Below the pieces are notes generated by a model. It was not told the DNA's origin and searched no databases. It saw only the letters and a program-made list of their open reading frames with translations. A DNA stretch of 45,231 bases, filler included, from Catajapyx aquilonaris (Eukaryota), in NCBI GenBank assembly GCA_000934665.2. It is 2 parts of 2 records of this genome, joined end to end, with 100 filler letters (N's around TTAATTAATTAA, not from the genome) between each part and the next. Parts side by side here need not be neighbours in the genome. Positions count along the whole stretch, not along the records: positions 1 to 22,603 come from JYFJ02005857.1; positions 22,704 to 45,231 come from KZ539428.1. One strand, 5' to 3'. Position numbers and translations under genes: made by a program. Positions 12,650-25,204 of the stretch are shown in pieces. Position 1 is the first letter of the stretch. The number at the start of each line of letters is the position of its first letter.

Positions 12650-13450
12650 CCAGCCTGCCATGTAGTGGCCTCTACTTCATGGTGGCCAGGTCACTTCTGG
12701 GTTGTCATCATAAGATCATAATAATTATAAAAGACGTCTAGCACCTGCGATTGTTGCATCTGAGAACAGGTTAATATGATCCACATGTGGGCAGTATAAC
12801 ATTGAGTCAACAGATGAGAAATGTGGTACCAAAAAATGCGAAAAGAAATGGATCCCTTTCATGGTATGGGGCATCCTTCCATCGCTCTGACCCCCTATAA
12901 TGTCCTTCAATAATTCATCAATTAAAATGCTGAGGGAGCCCAAAATAATGGTATAGTCTTGCTATGATGAACATTGAGTGGGGGGGTTTTGAGTTGTGTT
13001 CATCCACTGGCCATTGTCTTCAATAATTCTTTTAGTTCGTCGGTATGCTTTATCCTCATTTCCTTTCTCATTGTCGGACAAGTCGTCACTCCGCTTCTGC
13101 CAATTTCACGAGTGCAAGGATTACAGTCTCTGCTTCATGGCTTGCATAGCCTTTCATGTTGTATTGCAATCAGAGAACCATCTGACACTTGTCAACAGTT
13201 TGTCAACCTTTGTTGGCAGGGCAGGTGTATTTACTCCCAAGTTCCAAGTTTTGCACATAAAGCACCCTTTCAGAACAGGAGCAGCTACACACAACTAGTC
13301 ACGTACCTATCCAGACGTTCACCTTTTGTGGCCTTCTAGGCCATCACCTGTAGATGAGATGTGCAACACCAGTCGCTCTCATCAGGTGATCCGTCCCATC
13401 TTATCCCTTGTGATGTCATGATGGATTTGTTGCACGTAAAATGTTACCAG
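12650..13450 (-). pseudogene. Degenerate hAT transposase relic
   Basis: Minus-strand remnants in the expected order: GVAHLI (CxAH-like), SVRWFS (TRW-like), IHFFSHFLVPHF (H..A.FL.P.F-like); many stops. Confidence 0.35.
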
Positions 13451-13589
13451 GGCCTTAGTGGAGAGCATTCTAGGAAAGAGCATGTTAGAGACAGAGTTGG
13501 GAAGCATATACCGCAGAATCATCCAACACTGCCTCTGCCTCTGCCTCTAGTATTTATCTACTGTATGACATGATAAAGGACCATGTGAC

Positions 13590-14560
13590 CTGGAGATATC
13601 TCGTTTTCGATCCTCCACATGGAAACACACCTTGGGTTCCAACCTGGGACTCTTTGGTAGCTTTTTTGAAAGCATGTGAAGGGGGGATTAGAATATTTCC
13701 CCCAAAAAATCTCTCCCATTAAACATCTGAGTTAAAATAGACAAGTGTGAAGAAGCCAAAGTTCATCTGCGTTAAGACCGGTTCACAAACTAAAACTTTT
13801 GGGTATGGAGCGGGTAAGGGAAGAGGTGCGCATCTTGAGTGGGAATAGTTGTCACTAACTCCATGGCATAACTCCATCCAAATTTCCACTTTTATCTCGA
13901 CCCATCCCCACCATGCAGTGTTTGTGAACCGGCTGTGACGCAGATGCAGACCCTTTGTTGGTGACCTCATCTAGTCCCTGTAAGGCTGTATGGTGACCAG
14001 TCACCAACACGTCTTATAGGCCAATCTATACGGACAGTTGTACCCTACTTTTTTTTAAAAAAATCACATTATCACCTCACAACATTTTTGGCACTCCGGA
14101 CCTAGTTTGGACTTCCACCAACTCAGTGATTAGTAAGGGGAAGCACTTTTTCTACAAGCACACGTATTAGACGTAAGTGCTATCCAAATATATTGTGTAT
14201 CATGTTATCACAAATAATTAAATGGGCATTGCCATTTAGAGATGTCACATGCGCAAACAATACTGCCATTGAGAAGGAAAAGCTGTAATACACAGATTAT
14301 GAAATATTCGCCATGACATGTGTGCTGAAAATATGAAAGCCGGAATTGCTAAATGATCGTATCCGGTTTTATCTCTGCAGGTATTGTATGAATGTGTAGT
14401 GCTTCTCTGTTTTGGCATAGTTGAATGGTTGTGTGAATCTCTCATCCATTTGAGTCCATCTGTCTGCGTCGGCTCATGAAATATGAGACCGGAATACATA
14501 CTGAAACGTCGGCGTACCTATCTTCGGCAGAATTTTGCTTCTTCCACAATCCACACTATA
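13590..14560 (-). pseudogene. Degenerate piggyBac-like transposase relic
   Basis: Minus-strand FSMYSGLIF, IFSAHMSWRIF (MSRxRF-like), ADE, then VG..VF....SKTRYL, in piggyBac order; heavily disrupted. Confidence 0.4.
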
Positions 14561-17500
14561 CTTATAATATCATCGTTGTTTCCATTATTCTGGGCATTGG
14601 AATCGGCGTCTTGCTTATCAGTGTCCAACTCATTACCTCTCACTGTATAATGATGTGACATATCTCTTTACAACATTGCCCCTCATTTATGTATAAGAAT
14701 TACTATTGTAATTAATTTTACGTGATTGTAGCTGTGCTCCTATGAATGTGATGTTGATGTAATTTAGTCAATTAATGTGCACCCTGTATATTTGACTATA
14801 CACTTGCAGACAGTGTAGCTACAGAGTTGACACATGTTTTACCTGCAGTTGTGTAACGACCTCTGTCTCCGCATAATTCTGAGGAATGCTGAGGTGTGTA
14901 TGACTTTATTCTTAACAAAATTACAAGGTTGCATGATCTGTAAAGGTGTACCTCCCATTACCTGACACTGCATTAAACACACTTATTTTCCCTTTGAGCA
15001 CAGTAAGTTGAAATGGCGTGAGAATGGCATGTATCTGTGAATAGTAATAGGTGTAGTGTGGGATATGATTTCTGCCTGTGGCATTCCAGTGGAAGAGAAC
15101 GGCTGTTTTCGAAATTGGCATGTATGTGTGCATGTATTGGCCAGATGAAATTACTTGTTCCTTTGAGATGGTGTACCGAAACCTCCATTTTGTCAATAAC
15201 TGGTTTAGGATACCTCCGTGCTCCGTCCTGAAAAGGTGTGACGCTGAGTTGATTTTGCTGAAAACCCATCCAACCCGCTGTTCATCCGTTGTTTATGTCA
15301 ATGTGATTTAAAATGATTTGCTTTTCGTCTTCATTCAAAGTTCGTAAGTTTTCCTGATCTCTGATTACACGTCCTTAGACTTGATTCCTGTAAAACAGTG
15401 GCGGTGAATGACCCCAGTTTTAGGGACAGTTTTGGGTCACCCTTTACATGGAGGGGAGCTTGGTCAGCCAATTTAATCATGTTTAGTTATAGGCTCCCAA
15501 ATACGTAGTTAGTGATCCTCTCCACACCTCTGGCAATGCCCCGGGGGCGGTTTATTATAAAGATAGTCATCACCTTGTTCCTTATCACCTTCGGGATAAT
15601 GGTTGTAACTGACCATTTATTCTCACGTACTTCTCACCATCGTGTTTATTACTCTTATTTTCCTGAACTAAAGGTAGACACAGTGATGTGCCCATTTCAA
15701 ATAGCACAGGAAGGTACTTCCTCTCCTTCTACCATGTACCGCAACACAAATGACAGTACGTCGCATGATCAGCCTATGTGTCAACGAATCTTTACCTTGT
15801 AGTAGTATAGTAGTAGTCTTGCTTTAAAATGAGGTATGCTTCTTTCATATTGACACAGTAGCATATCCATAAAACTGACGTCATATCACTATTGCATTGT
15901 GGGTGTGAAGGATGAATGTGGTACGTCGCTCTTGCCACACATCGTTGCTGCATCACTGAAGTCTTCAGCTCTACCTTGGCTATGGTAGGGATTGTTAGAC
16001 ATTGCTGGGTTGTAGGATCCGTGCCTCTATTTGCGGAAGTTTGGAGGTTCAGGACACCATGCCGGCTACCAGCATAAGTAGCTAATCTTGCAGCTCATTC
16101 AGCGCTACTCTCAAGTATTCAAGACGGTCACTCAGTTTCTTTGAACACCCAATGTTCACAAACAATACACCAAGAGCGCGTGTAAGGGACACTAATTTGG
16201 TCTTGATTTCCCCACAAACTCTTACAGCAGTGAAGTAGCCAGCTGATCATGTATGTAAGACCATGTGCCACGCAGTATTAAATGTCTAATTGGTGGTGGC
16301 CGTCGCATGCTATGTCCTGTTCAGTTTTACTGCTTCCCTGCATGGCATGGGTAGGATCTCAAAAGATGTCTTGCTAGGCGCACTTTGCGATGGAGGTTAT
16401 CAGGCGAGAAAAACCATGATTTTTTTTGTCCACCCCGGCCAGTTGCCAACGGGTGAGGCTAATTATAGCCTCACACCCCAACCCTTTTCACTCCTCCCTC
16501 AGGACCCCTGTTGCCAAGAGTTTCCTTTGGGAAGGGAAGAGTCCTTGGGGAAGGAGAGGGGGTGGTTGGGAGGGGCTTGCAACGCTGCTGGGTTGGGTTG
16601 GTGGGAGGAAATGCATTGTGGGTTGGGTGGTCCCAGACTGGTCCAAGTGGAGCTGGAGGAAGGATGTTGAAGGAAGCAGGGGCAGCACCAGGGGCAGGCC
16701 ACAGGTTGGTGCACGCACTGGGGGCAAGTGTAGGGTGGGGCTCGGGAGGTTGTTTTAGCGCATGTTGGGGCATGCATTTCTTGCCCTGTGCATGGTTTGA
16801 AGGTGTGCTGGCCTGTCTGGCATGGTTGTAACGTTGTGGATTTGTTTTGCAGCATGGACATGACTTCAGCCACCACAGCATACCCGAGGGGCTGGATGTG
16901 CGCTGGTTGACCATGGCGGACATCAGGACAGCTTCAAGTTGCGGCCAGTGCATCAGTGGCCAGTTGGTAAGCACAGCCCTAATTTCACTTACTTGCAGGG
17001 CATGTCGTGATGCAATGATGGTAATTATCTAGTTTAGGTGGGCGCGACGTACAGCATTCTCGTGGTACTTACTGTTCAACTAACTTGTAAGTGCATTAAA
17101 TAGCCTACAAAATGATGGGTCCTTTGGCCACATCTGTGTAACAAGATGTAAAATTGGGGCGTAAGGGTACATGCTGACCAAGGAATAGGCCTACAAATTT
17201 TGTAACCGGAATCCCAGTACTTTCATAGCTACTCTTCTAGGCATGTATCCGCTGAAGATAGGGCTGTGTCCGCAAGGAAGGAAGGGAGGTAGGTTAGGTT
17301 ATGTTGGTACAGCATACCCCGTAGGATAGGGCTGTGTCTGCTGAAGATAGGGCTGTGTCTGCTGAAGATAGGGCTGTATCCACAAGGAAAGGATGTTAAG
17401 TTAGGTTGTACCACTTACGATAGCATCTGTATCCTGAAGGAAGGTGAGGTTAGGTAATGTTGGTACAGAGTCCCCCTACCCCTGCCACATTAAGTATCAC

Positions 17501-17702
17501 ATTACATCTCAATTTGTCATTATTTTCCGTGCCAATTACCCCTCATTATTGTGTGGCAGGACCAGGGGAGGGGCAAGCGTGTTTATATTTGGTGTAGTCA
17601 ATAAGTTCCCGTCCCGGCCTCGGGAGGCCGGCAGGTGACACGGAGACAGGTGCTGCTGTGGTTGGCTGTGAGGTACATTAGCAGCATAATAGCTGCGGTA
17701 CA

Positions 17703-18001
17703 TGTTATGTGCGATGCCACTAGCACATAAGGATTTGATGAGACCAATAACACAAGTATAGGTATACGAGCACTCTGTATTGGATCAACTCTTGTATACA
17801 TGCAAAGGCTATAGAGGCCTGGCTTGCACTGGTGATCTCGTGGGCACAGGGAGAGGTCTCGCCTCAGGTGGGGAGAGGAGGAGGAGGATTGCACCACCGT
17901 TTGTAACATCCCGAGCGCCCCACTGGCCGGCCTCGGTTAGGGGGGAAATCCCACGAGAACACCAGTGCTGGAAACAGTTCGATTATTATCGTACTACAAC
18001 A
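17703..18001. mobile_element. 299-bp solo LTR
   Basis: Begins TGTT and ends AACA; 5-bp TSD GTACA at 17698-17702 and 18002-18006; the opposite palindrome arm shows the empty site. Confidence 0.8.
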
Positions 18002-18016
18002 GTACACAGTCGAAAA

Positions 18017-18328
18017 ATGTCGTTCACCATATCAAGCGCGTCCAAGGTGGACGAACGGGCTGTAATTCAGTTCCTGTGTGCAGAGGGAGCGGGACTGAAG
18101 GAGATTCATACACGCATGAGGACTGTGTATGGAGACACTTGCGTGGCGTACACGACAGTGAAGGACTGGGTACGCCATTTCCGCAGTGGTCGACAAGGCA
18201 CGTCGGACATGGCACTGTCAGGCCGACCTGTTACCGCCTCCAACGATGCAAGCCTAGTGTGTCTTGAGGGGTTGGTTCAAAGTGATCGGCGCTTGCATGC
18301 CTGCTCAGCAATCCTGTCAATGGACAAG
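18017..18328 (+). pseudogene. mariner transposase N-terminal HTH fragment
   Basis: ERAVIQFL..EIHTRMRTVYGDTC..TVKDWVRHFRSGR..SGRP..DRR; truncated before the DD34D domain. Confidence 0.9.
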
Positions 18329-18330
18329 CA

Positions 18331-18512
18331 CCTTGTCGACCACTGCGGAAATGGCGTACCCAGTCCTTCACTGTCGAGTACGCCAAGCAAGTGTCTCCAT
18401 ACACAGCCCTCATGCGTATATGAATCTCCTTCAGTCCCGCTTCCTTTGCACACAGGAACTAAATTACAGCCCGTTCGTCCACCTTGGACGCGCCTGATAT
18501 GGTGAACGACAT
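18331..18512 (-). pseudogene. Inverted second copy of the mariner transposase N-terminus
   Basis: MRAVYGDTCLAYSTVKDWVRHFRSGRQG; a diverged reverse complement of 18017-18198. Confidence 0.9.
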
Positions 18513-18871
18513 TTTTCGACTGTGTACCCAGCTATTACGCAGCACACCGAGTTCACTCTGGGCCAGGTTGGTGACTGCTAATGTACCTCACAGCCAACCA
18601 CAGCAGCACCTGTCTCCGTGTCACCTGCTGGTCTCCCGCGGCCGGGACGGGAACTTATTGACTATACTAATATTTTCAATACTGCAATATTAATTTTCAC
18701 TGCCTCATGTGGCAGGGGTATGGGTACGATGTACCAACACAATCTAACCTAACTTCCATTCCTTGCTGATACAGCCCTATCTTCAGCGGATACCCGCCTA
18801 TTCTATAGCAGATACATGCCCAAGAGAGTAGGTAAAAGTATGCCTATTATGCTACGCAGTTATTCAGTACA

Positions 18872-20120
18872 GGAAACTGAACTATGGCCGCCAAATGTAT
18901 TGTCCGGAAGGATGGGTATATAGCGCCGCCCATCGGTAGCCGCGAGAAACTGACGTGCTGGTGACGACCCCTGCCGCTATTAGAGGAGCCGAGGGAGGGA
19001 GGGGGGAGGAGGAGGGGGGGGAGACCAGATCAGAGGGGGAGTGGTATGTCCAGATGGTTCAATGGGAAATAGAGACAGATTATGTGGGGTTCGTCGGCTA
19101 ATAAGCACAAGGTCACAGGGATTTTTCAGACTCGAAATTTGTGTATCATTACTATTTCGCACAGTTATCTGTGATGTTCGTTGGTCGCGCTGCAGATGTG
19201 TCAGTTGTCCGGACATTCTGTCATCGGTGCGGTATTCCATGCGACGACTATGCATGAATGATGATGATGATGATAATTCACACTGCAAAACAATCTGATC
19301 AGATGTAGGTGTTCATTTTTGACTCGACAATATTAACAACAATGAAAGCCATGATCCGACCGTGGTCCGATTGCGATGTTCAAGTCCCGCGTGAATGACG
19401 ACATTCAGGTGGGCCGCATCTCGGACATCATTGTTGAAAGAAACAATTGTCTTCGCTGCTCGCTAGTTTTTCACTTCCAGCACTGACCATCAATAATTCT
19501 CCCCACTGCTACTACTACGCCTTCTCCTCCAATCTTGCCTTCGTGCGCAACAGCCCAATGTATTAACACCTCGCGGCAAAACGAACACCAGTCCACAACT
19601 GTGTTGTGATTAATCCCCAAATCTCGCTCCAGGAAATCCTGGCGTGGAGGATCCCTTGTTAGCCATATGTAAACGATGCCACAGATGGTGTGAAGTGCTA
19701 TATGAGATCGTGCAAAGAAGGTTCCAACCAGAGCAAAAAGGGAATACTTGTGCCGCCTTGGTTTTTTCTTCTTTCCAACCGCGATAGTCCTCTGACAGGT
19801 GAATGTCAGTTGTTCCCAATTGACCTCGCATGTTCTGCCGTAAACCCCACAAATTTGCGGCGCACTTATCAGCAAATCATGAAAGACGATGGCCATAGGA
19901 AAGAAGTTGAAACTTGTCAAGAAACACCCCGCGGACTGTTGCACTTGAAATCCCTCCATTTTGAAATGTCATGGAGATGGTATCCAATATCCTCAGGTGC
20001 AACCATTGGTATAAAGAGATGGCTGCCCCGAGGAGCAATGGAATGTGTATATGTTATGTTACTAATATGTCTAACTTTGGTTCTACGTGGTTGTTTCCAC
20101 TCAAATTGCTTTTCTGCCAC
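18872..20120 (-). mobile_element. Merlin/IS1595(ISXO2)-like transposon relic
   Basis: ORF 19471-19959: GTFFARSHI..TVVDWCSFCREV..KIGGEGVVV, then a deletion of the DES..RKY segment, then GRIIDGQ. One Merlin-like end GGAAACTGAACTATGGCCGCC at 18872; the other end was not found. Confidence 0.75.
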
Positions 20121-20280
20121 TCGGGAAAGTCAGCACTAGGTCCCTATGCACTTATGTTAGTTGAACAGTACGCACCACGAGAACACTGTATGTCGTGCTC
20201 ATCTAATTACCCAATAATTTTTTATGTACTGTAATTTTTCAATCGAGTAACTATCATGTTTTGATCAGCGCTTCGTAGTA

Positions 20281-20458
20281 CAGTGCCGGACAGTAATGGT
20301 GTCAACTGGTGGTGCCATGAGCTGCTGCTGCAGCAAAGCTAATCAAAGCGATGAATTTGCAACAAAAATCCATTGCTTCAATCCCCCCCCCCCCNNTTTT
20401 TTTTTTGCTGCAGCGGCTTGTGAGGCTACCAGTACATGACAATTCTTGTCCAGTATTG
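20281..20458. mobile_element. TA-flanked MITE (older)
   Basis: Imperfect TIRs CAGTGCCGGACA and reverse complement CAATACTGGACA; internal GCTGCAGCAAA inversion; TA on both sides. Confidence 0.5.
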
Positions 20459-20460
20459 TA

Positions 20461-20609
20461 CAGTGTTGGCCATTAATCGTGTCATACTGCTATTGAAGCG
20501 GCAGAAGAACGAATTGAAGATATGGATAGTGCAAGCCATAGCAAGATTCGTTCTTATGCCGCATCGGAAAATGTTGCTAGCAGTATGACTCGATCAATGT
20601 CCAACACTG
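20461..20609. mobile_element. 149-bp palindromic MITE, TA TSD
   Basis: CAGTGTTGGCCATTAATCGTGTCATACTGCTA and TAGCAGTATGACTCGATCAATGTCCAACACTG; TA at 20459-60 and 20610-11. Confidence 0.8.
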
Positions 20610-20749
20610 TACCTCAGCACTTATGATAAATCATGAGCCAAATTATTTCGTTTGTTGTTAAAAATTGCAGATGTAACCAATTGCTGCTTTCATAAGAGGA
20701 TAGGGCTAATGAGTATCAGTGTTGACCGACGAACGTTTTGCATGTCGCA

Positions 20750-21330
20750 GGTTGATTTGGAGTTGTTAGTTCTCCCACGGGAGGAAGATGGACACATGCG
20801 AGTTTATGTAAATTGTATGGTATTGCAGTAGCGATTCTGACTATGAATTGGGCTAGTCCACATATTTTGGATCTTTTTGATGCAGTAGGTCTAGTGGACA
20901 CATGATTCGAGGTCAAAACTCTTAACAACTTGAAACTGACTCTTTCGTGCAAGATGAACTTTTGTGTCTGTTTCCATGGCCATGTTAGCATGGGGAAGAT
21001 GGCTGTTTTCATATCCGAGGGCCACAGTGCGTTATGGCGTACAGTAATCAAACAGTTGGCAGAGGTGCTAAGAGAACGGGACTGTGGGCGTGGCGAGCAG
21101 GGTGGTTTGCATGACCACCCATGGGGACTGGGATGTGATTGGTTAATGGTTGTGTGTGTGGAATGTGCTTGCGAATAGGATCTACCTGGTGCAGATCGAA
21201 ACTGCAAGCACTTGCTGGCACCATATCGCCTCACCACTTGCTCAGACATGACATCTCTGGATAATGCACTTCATTAGCAGGCGACTTCTGCCTTGGTGCA
21301 TGTGACCAACACACAGTCTGGCATGGCATT
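20750..21330 (-). pseudogene. Decayed Gypsy integrase fragment
   Basis: Minus-strand CHARLCVGHM..SICTR..PITSQSPW (HHCC zinc finger region) and downstream IPYNL..VHLP. Confidence 0.5.
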
Positions 21331-22509
21331 TCCTGGTGGAATGTGGGTGGGCACGTTCAGCTTGCCACTAGGTCTCGTTTAACGGCTGCTGCGCTTGCTC
21401 ATAAGTTGCAAGAATCCGCCTACCCGTCCTACAAAGTAGAGGAAGGATCAATGAATCTGCTCATACTAGTCTTTATCCTGTCCTCTGCATGGTGTCGGAT
21501 CTGTAGCATCGCGAAACGTATTTTCCAACTAGCCCTTGTACTTTGTAATTGTTTTCTGAGTGGCATAATGCATCACTAGTAATGAGAAAGAAAGGCCACT
21601 TTTCTGAATGAAACAAGACTTTTGGCAAAATCATGGACAATGCTTGATGAGCGCGAATTATGCACAACTGCAGTGTAATTGAGGAGTTTGACTTGCTTTC
21701 ACTTTTTTTGAGTAATTTTTGGTATAAGCAACTACATATGAAATACTGCATTTGAGCCTTCATAAAATAATTTCTAATTAAATGCCAGGAAATGCAGCAA
21801 TTTTTAGGTCTCATTTAATTTTATCATAATGTAAAAGCCAATTTATTACCATCCGACATACATGGTGGCTCCAAAGTGCTTTTCATATTCTGTAAAGTGC
21901 TACAAATTTGCACACTTTGAAGACATAGAAACATTCTTGACTGCTGATAATTATGAGTTGATATGAAAGGAGTTTGTATATCTACATTGCTGAAAATTTA
22001 AGGTTTGAATTTAAAATAAGAGGTCAAATGTCGTAAATCAGACCGGACATCTCGGCAATGATGAGTGTCTAGACATTGTTTTTTCAATATCACATTAATA
22101 TTTTTTGATGCCTGTTTCGTAATGCAACTTCTTTACCACTGCAGTGTATTAGTCAGATATTAACGGGGTTATTCCAGACCATGTAGGTCCCTAAACCCCG
22201 GGCCCCACGTAGGGCCTATATCATCAACCACTGCAGTGTATTGTGGTCCATGCAAAGCCAGGTGCCCCATATTTTTAAAACGTCTTGAAAATTGTAACCA
22301 GGCTGACTACAAGAGTCGAAAGGGGGCTAGATTTCCACTGATGTGAATCTCACTTGTTAGTTGGGACACCTGGTATGCAATTCAATCCCTCCCTAGGTCT
22401 CAAATGGGGACCTGAACATGTGTTAATATGCATTACTTGGGGCTGGTGGGCCCGAAGTTACTGCGCCAAAGAGAAATGAGGCCTGAATCTGCATTAGAAA
22501 TTAAACATA

Positions 22510-22603
22510 CAGGGTGTTTATTGTAACTCTGCAAAGACTTTCGGGGGTAATAGAGGGGACCAAGACAAGTATTTTTGACATAGGAACCTGTGTCCGGAAA
22601 CGC
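22510..22603. mobile_element. End of a Tc1/mariner-type non-autonomous element, cut by the gap
   Basis: TA|CAGGGTGTTT terminus; partner end not visible. Confidence 0.4.
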
Positions 22604-22703
22604 NNNNNNNNNNNNNNNNNNNNNNNNNNNNNNNNNNNNNNNNNNNNTTAATTAATTAANNNNNNNNNNNNNNNNNNNNNNNNNNNNNNNNNNNNNNNNN
22701 NNN
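22604..22703. other. Artificial assembly spacer (44 N + TTAATTAATTAA + 44 N)
   Basis: Exactly 100 bp with a six-frame stop linker at 22648-22659. Confidence 0.95.
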
Positions 22704-22740
22704 CTCCCCCTCCCCCCCTGGATTCCTGGCTACGTCACTG
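22704..22740. mobile_element. Right end of a hAT-type MITE
   Basis: C tracts then CCTGGCTACGTCACTG (reverse complement CAGTGACGTAGCCAGG), similar to other hAT termini in the window. Confidence 0.5.
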
Positions 22741-22881
22741 CCGCTAGCTATCTGACTGAAGCTGCGATTGCATTTCCTACCAATACAAATATTTCATACA
22801 AATACAACTACAAATACCTAAATACCTAAAATACAAAATAATACAAATACAAAATTCGAGGTCATCAACAGCCTATGTGTA

Positions 22882-23327
22882 CAGGGAACAATTCCCAATT
22901 TGTGTGGCGTATGCCATTATCATACAGAGGACAGAGCCAAGGCCTGAGTCTCACTAATGCACTCATCGATTTTGGTTCCTCTGTCTTCTCGTGCGGTCAA
23001 GCCTACGTGGCTCTTTCCAGAGTTAAAAGTATCAATGGAGTGCATCTCATCAATGCCTCCTTTACTAACATCAAGGCTCAAGAGTCACCTATTCTGGAGT
23101 ACGATAGATTGAGATTTATTTACCGACCAGACTTATCCATACTCAAAAGGGCTAATAAGGCATCGACAGAAGTGGTTAAGGATCGCGAATGGGCTATGCG
23201 ATCAGGTGTAGCAGATGTCCAATTCGCACAACCCGAACAGACAAAAAGGAAGCATACTATGAGAAAGCAGAAGAAAATCACACCTATTCAGAAGAAAAGA
23301 TATAGTTTTACATACTTTCGTATGTAA
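22882..23327 (+). pseudogene. PIF1-family helicase C-terminal fragment (Helitron/Helentron Rep-helicase)
   Basis: REQFPICVAYAII, frameshift, then QSQGLSL..FSCGQAYVALSRV: PIF1 motifs V-VI. Confidence 0.85.
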
Positions 23328-23463
23328 CCTACACATTTTGCTCTAAGTTATTCATTACCTTATTTGGAATATTTAACGGACCATTGCTTCCACGCCCAAC
23401 CGTAGGGGGCTCCCCGAGATTTCTTATGATTATCCTACACTCCTGCCTACAAAAAGAGGTGAG

Positions 23464-23958
23464 ATCCCACCAAAAACCTTTCTGTAAAAAAAGGCCAAGT
23501 TCTCCTGACTGCTTGGCCGTCAAAAGTGGTGAGATCTGAAATACGGCCAAGTTCAACGTCGTTGTCAATTACTGGCATTCTCAACTTCTTCAACCTAAAC
23601 CACTAACTTTGTTTCTCCAGGTCGACCTTAAGGTTAATCATCAAAAACTTTTAATGGAATTTCTCCCTATGTAACTTGGCCATTGCATCATGTCCGAGAT
23701 ATTGTTGAATTCTACAACTGTTTCAATGTTTTAAGAGCAATAGCCAAGTTACAGCAAGAGAAATTCCATTAAAATTTTTTGATGATTAAACTTAAGGTCG
23801 ACCTGGAGAAACAAAGTTAGTGGTTTAGGCTGAAGAATTTGAGAATGACAGTAAATGAGTACGACGTTGAACTTGGCCGTATTTCAGATCTCACCACTTT
23901 TGACGGCCAAGCAGTCAGGAGAACTTGGCCTTTTTTTACAGAAAGGTTTTGGTGGGAT
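23464..23958. repeat. Long inverted repeat, about 222-bp arms, 50-bp spacer
   Basis: 23464-23686 is the reverse complement of 23737-23958 with scattered substitutions. Confidence 0.95.
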
Positions 23959-24319
23959 TAAACTTACTAAAACAATACTTTCAAAAATTTTAGTGTAATA
24001 GAGCACAACGTAATCTTATCACGAAAATATTTGCTTGCCATCGATACATTCGCGAAGTAATTCGGATCATAAACAGCCGAGATAACAGAGGTGTGCAATT
24101 AACTTAATTATGATTACAGAAATGGCGATCTCAATGTTTCAAATATATATTATTAGATAGAAAAAGATGTGCACTATCCAGAGTTCACAGGGGGATTTTT
24201 TCGGCCTCCTGAAAGTGTCATAAAAAATTCACTTTGCGGTGTAACGTCGGCAACTAGTCAAAAAAATGACACTTTTCCGCCTTCTTTTTACGATAAAAAA
24301 TTAGAGACTGACGATAGGA

Positions 24320-24672
24320 AAAAATAAGCAGTAAAACTGCCGAAAACTATTCTTCCTCTGGGTGAGATTAAAAGTAAGAAACAAGTCCATAGGTGGGGTT
24401 GGTTCGTGTCATAGGGATGTGTGATAATCAAATTTAATTCAAAACATTCGTGCTTTGGGGCTGGGAAGAATTAATCAGATATCGCTTTTATGTACTTCTC
24501 CGACTCTCATGCTCTGCCTAATTCTTCCCAGCCCCAAAGCACGAATGTTTTGAATTAAATTTGATTATCACACATCCCTATGACACGAACCAACCCCACC
24601 TATGGACTTGTTTCTTACTTTTAATGTCACCCAGAGGAAGAATAGTTTTCGGCAGTTTTACTGCTTATTTTT
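24320..24672. repeat. Near-perfect inverted repeat, 154-bp arms, 45-bp spacer
   Basis: 24320-24473 versus 24519-24672; one mismatch seen. Confidence 0.95.
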
Positions 24673-25204
24673 ATTTAATTCTTTTCATCATAAGAATAAA
24701 GTGAAAACCTGCTGATGCCCCCCCTTTCGTCCCAAAATGTTTCCCCCCTTCAACCTCCTGTGGGGGAAGTGGGCTCCAGACTGGGACCCCCCCTCCCAAG
24801 TATATCCGGTCTAGGTACAGAAAGTGAGCGAGAGCCACAAAACTGACACTCTCGAAATCGCCTTGTAGCTCAAAAAGTAAAGGTTTTTCTCAAAAAACGG
24901 TAGGCAGGAGGGCACCCCCTGGAAACATTGCGGTTCGAATAACAGATTGCATGACCCTCTACGATGCACCGTTTAGGCTGTACCCTGGTGCGACTAACGA
25001 CACTTTTTTGAACTTTGACCCCGGCTAATGACCCCGGTAATGGCCCTAGTTGTTGTTTATCTATCTAAAGTTTGAAACTGTAGTGAGCGGAGTGTAAATC
25101 TTGTTTCCGATTTGAAATCGATTAACCCGATCGCGAGTTATGAAGTCGGGAAAATAGCATTAGGATCGTAGCGATTCCGAACTATTCGTTTCACGCGCGC
25201 CGGA

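Larger units (their letters stand above)
17588..18670. mobile_element. Fold-back mariner derivative built from two inverted 5' halves
   Basis: Mariner-like TIR GTAGTCAATAAGTTCCCGTCCCGGCC at both ends with TA flanks; the inversion extends through the 5' UTR and the first ~60 transposase codons. Confidence 0.85.
17229..18831. mobile_element. TIR element with TTAGG-rich arms, host of the mariner insertion
   Basis: 17229-17490 is inverted relative to 18705-18831 (GGCATGTATC..GCTGAAGATAGGGCTG..GTTAGGTT..GTTGGTAC..CCCCTGCCACAT). Related arm copies at about 31088-31150 and 34765-34863. No TSD resolved. Confidence 0.65.

Noticed and set aside
16290..17032. Overlapping Pro/Gly-rich ORFs on both strands
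   Set aside because: Low-complexity composition, no family motif.
17330..17380. ~20-bp tandem repeats as a CRISPR-like array
   Set aside because: No spacers, eukaryotic context; part of a transposon arm.
22648..22659. TTAATTAATTAA palindrome inside Ns
   Set aside because: Artificial linker; no linkage should be inferred across it.
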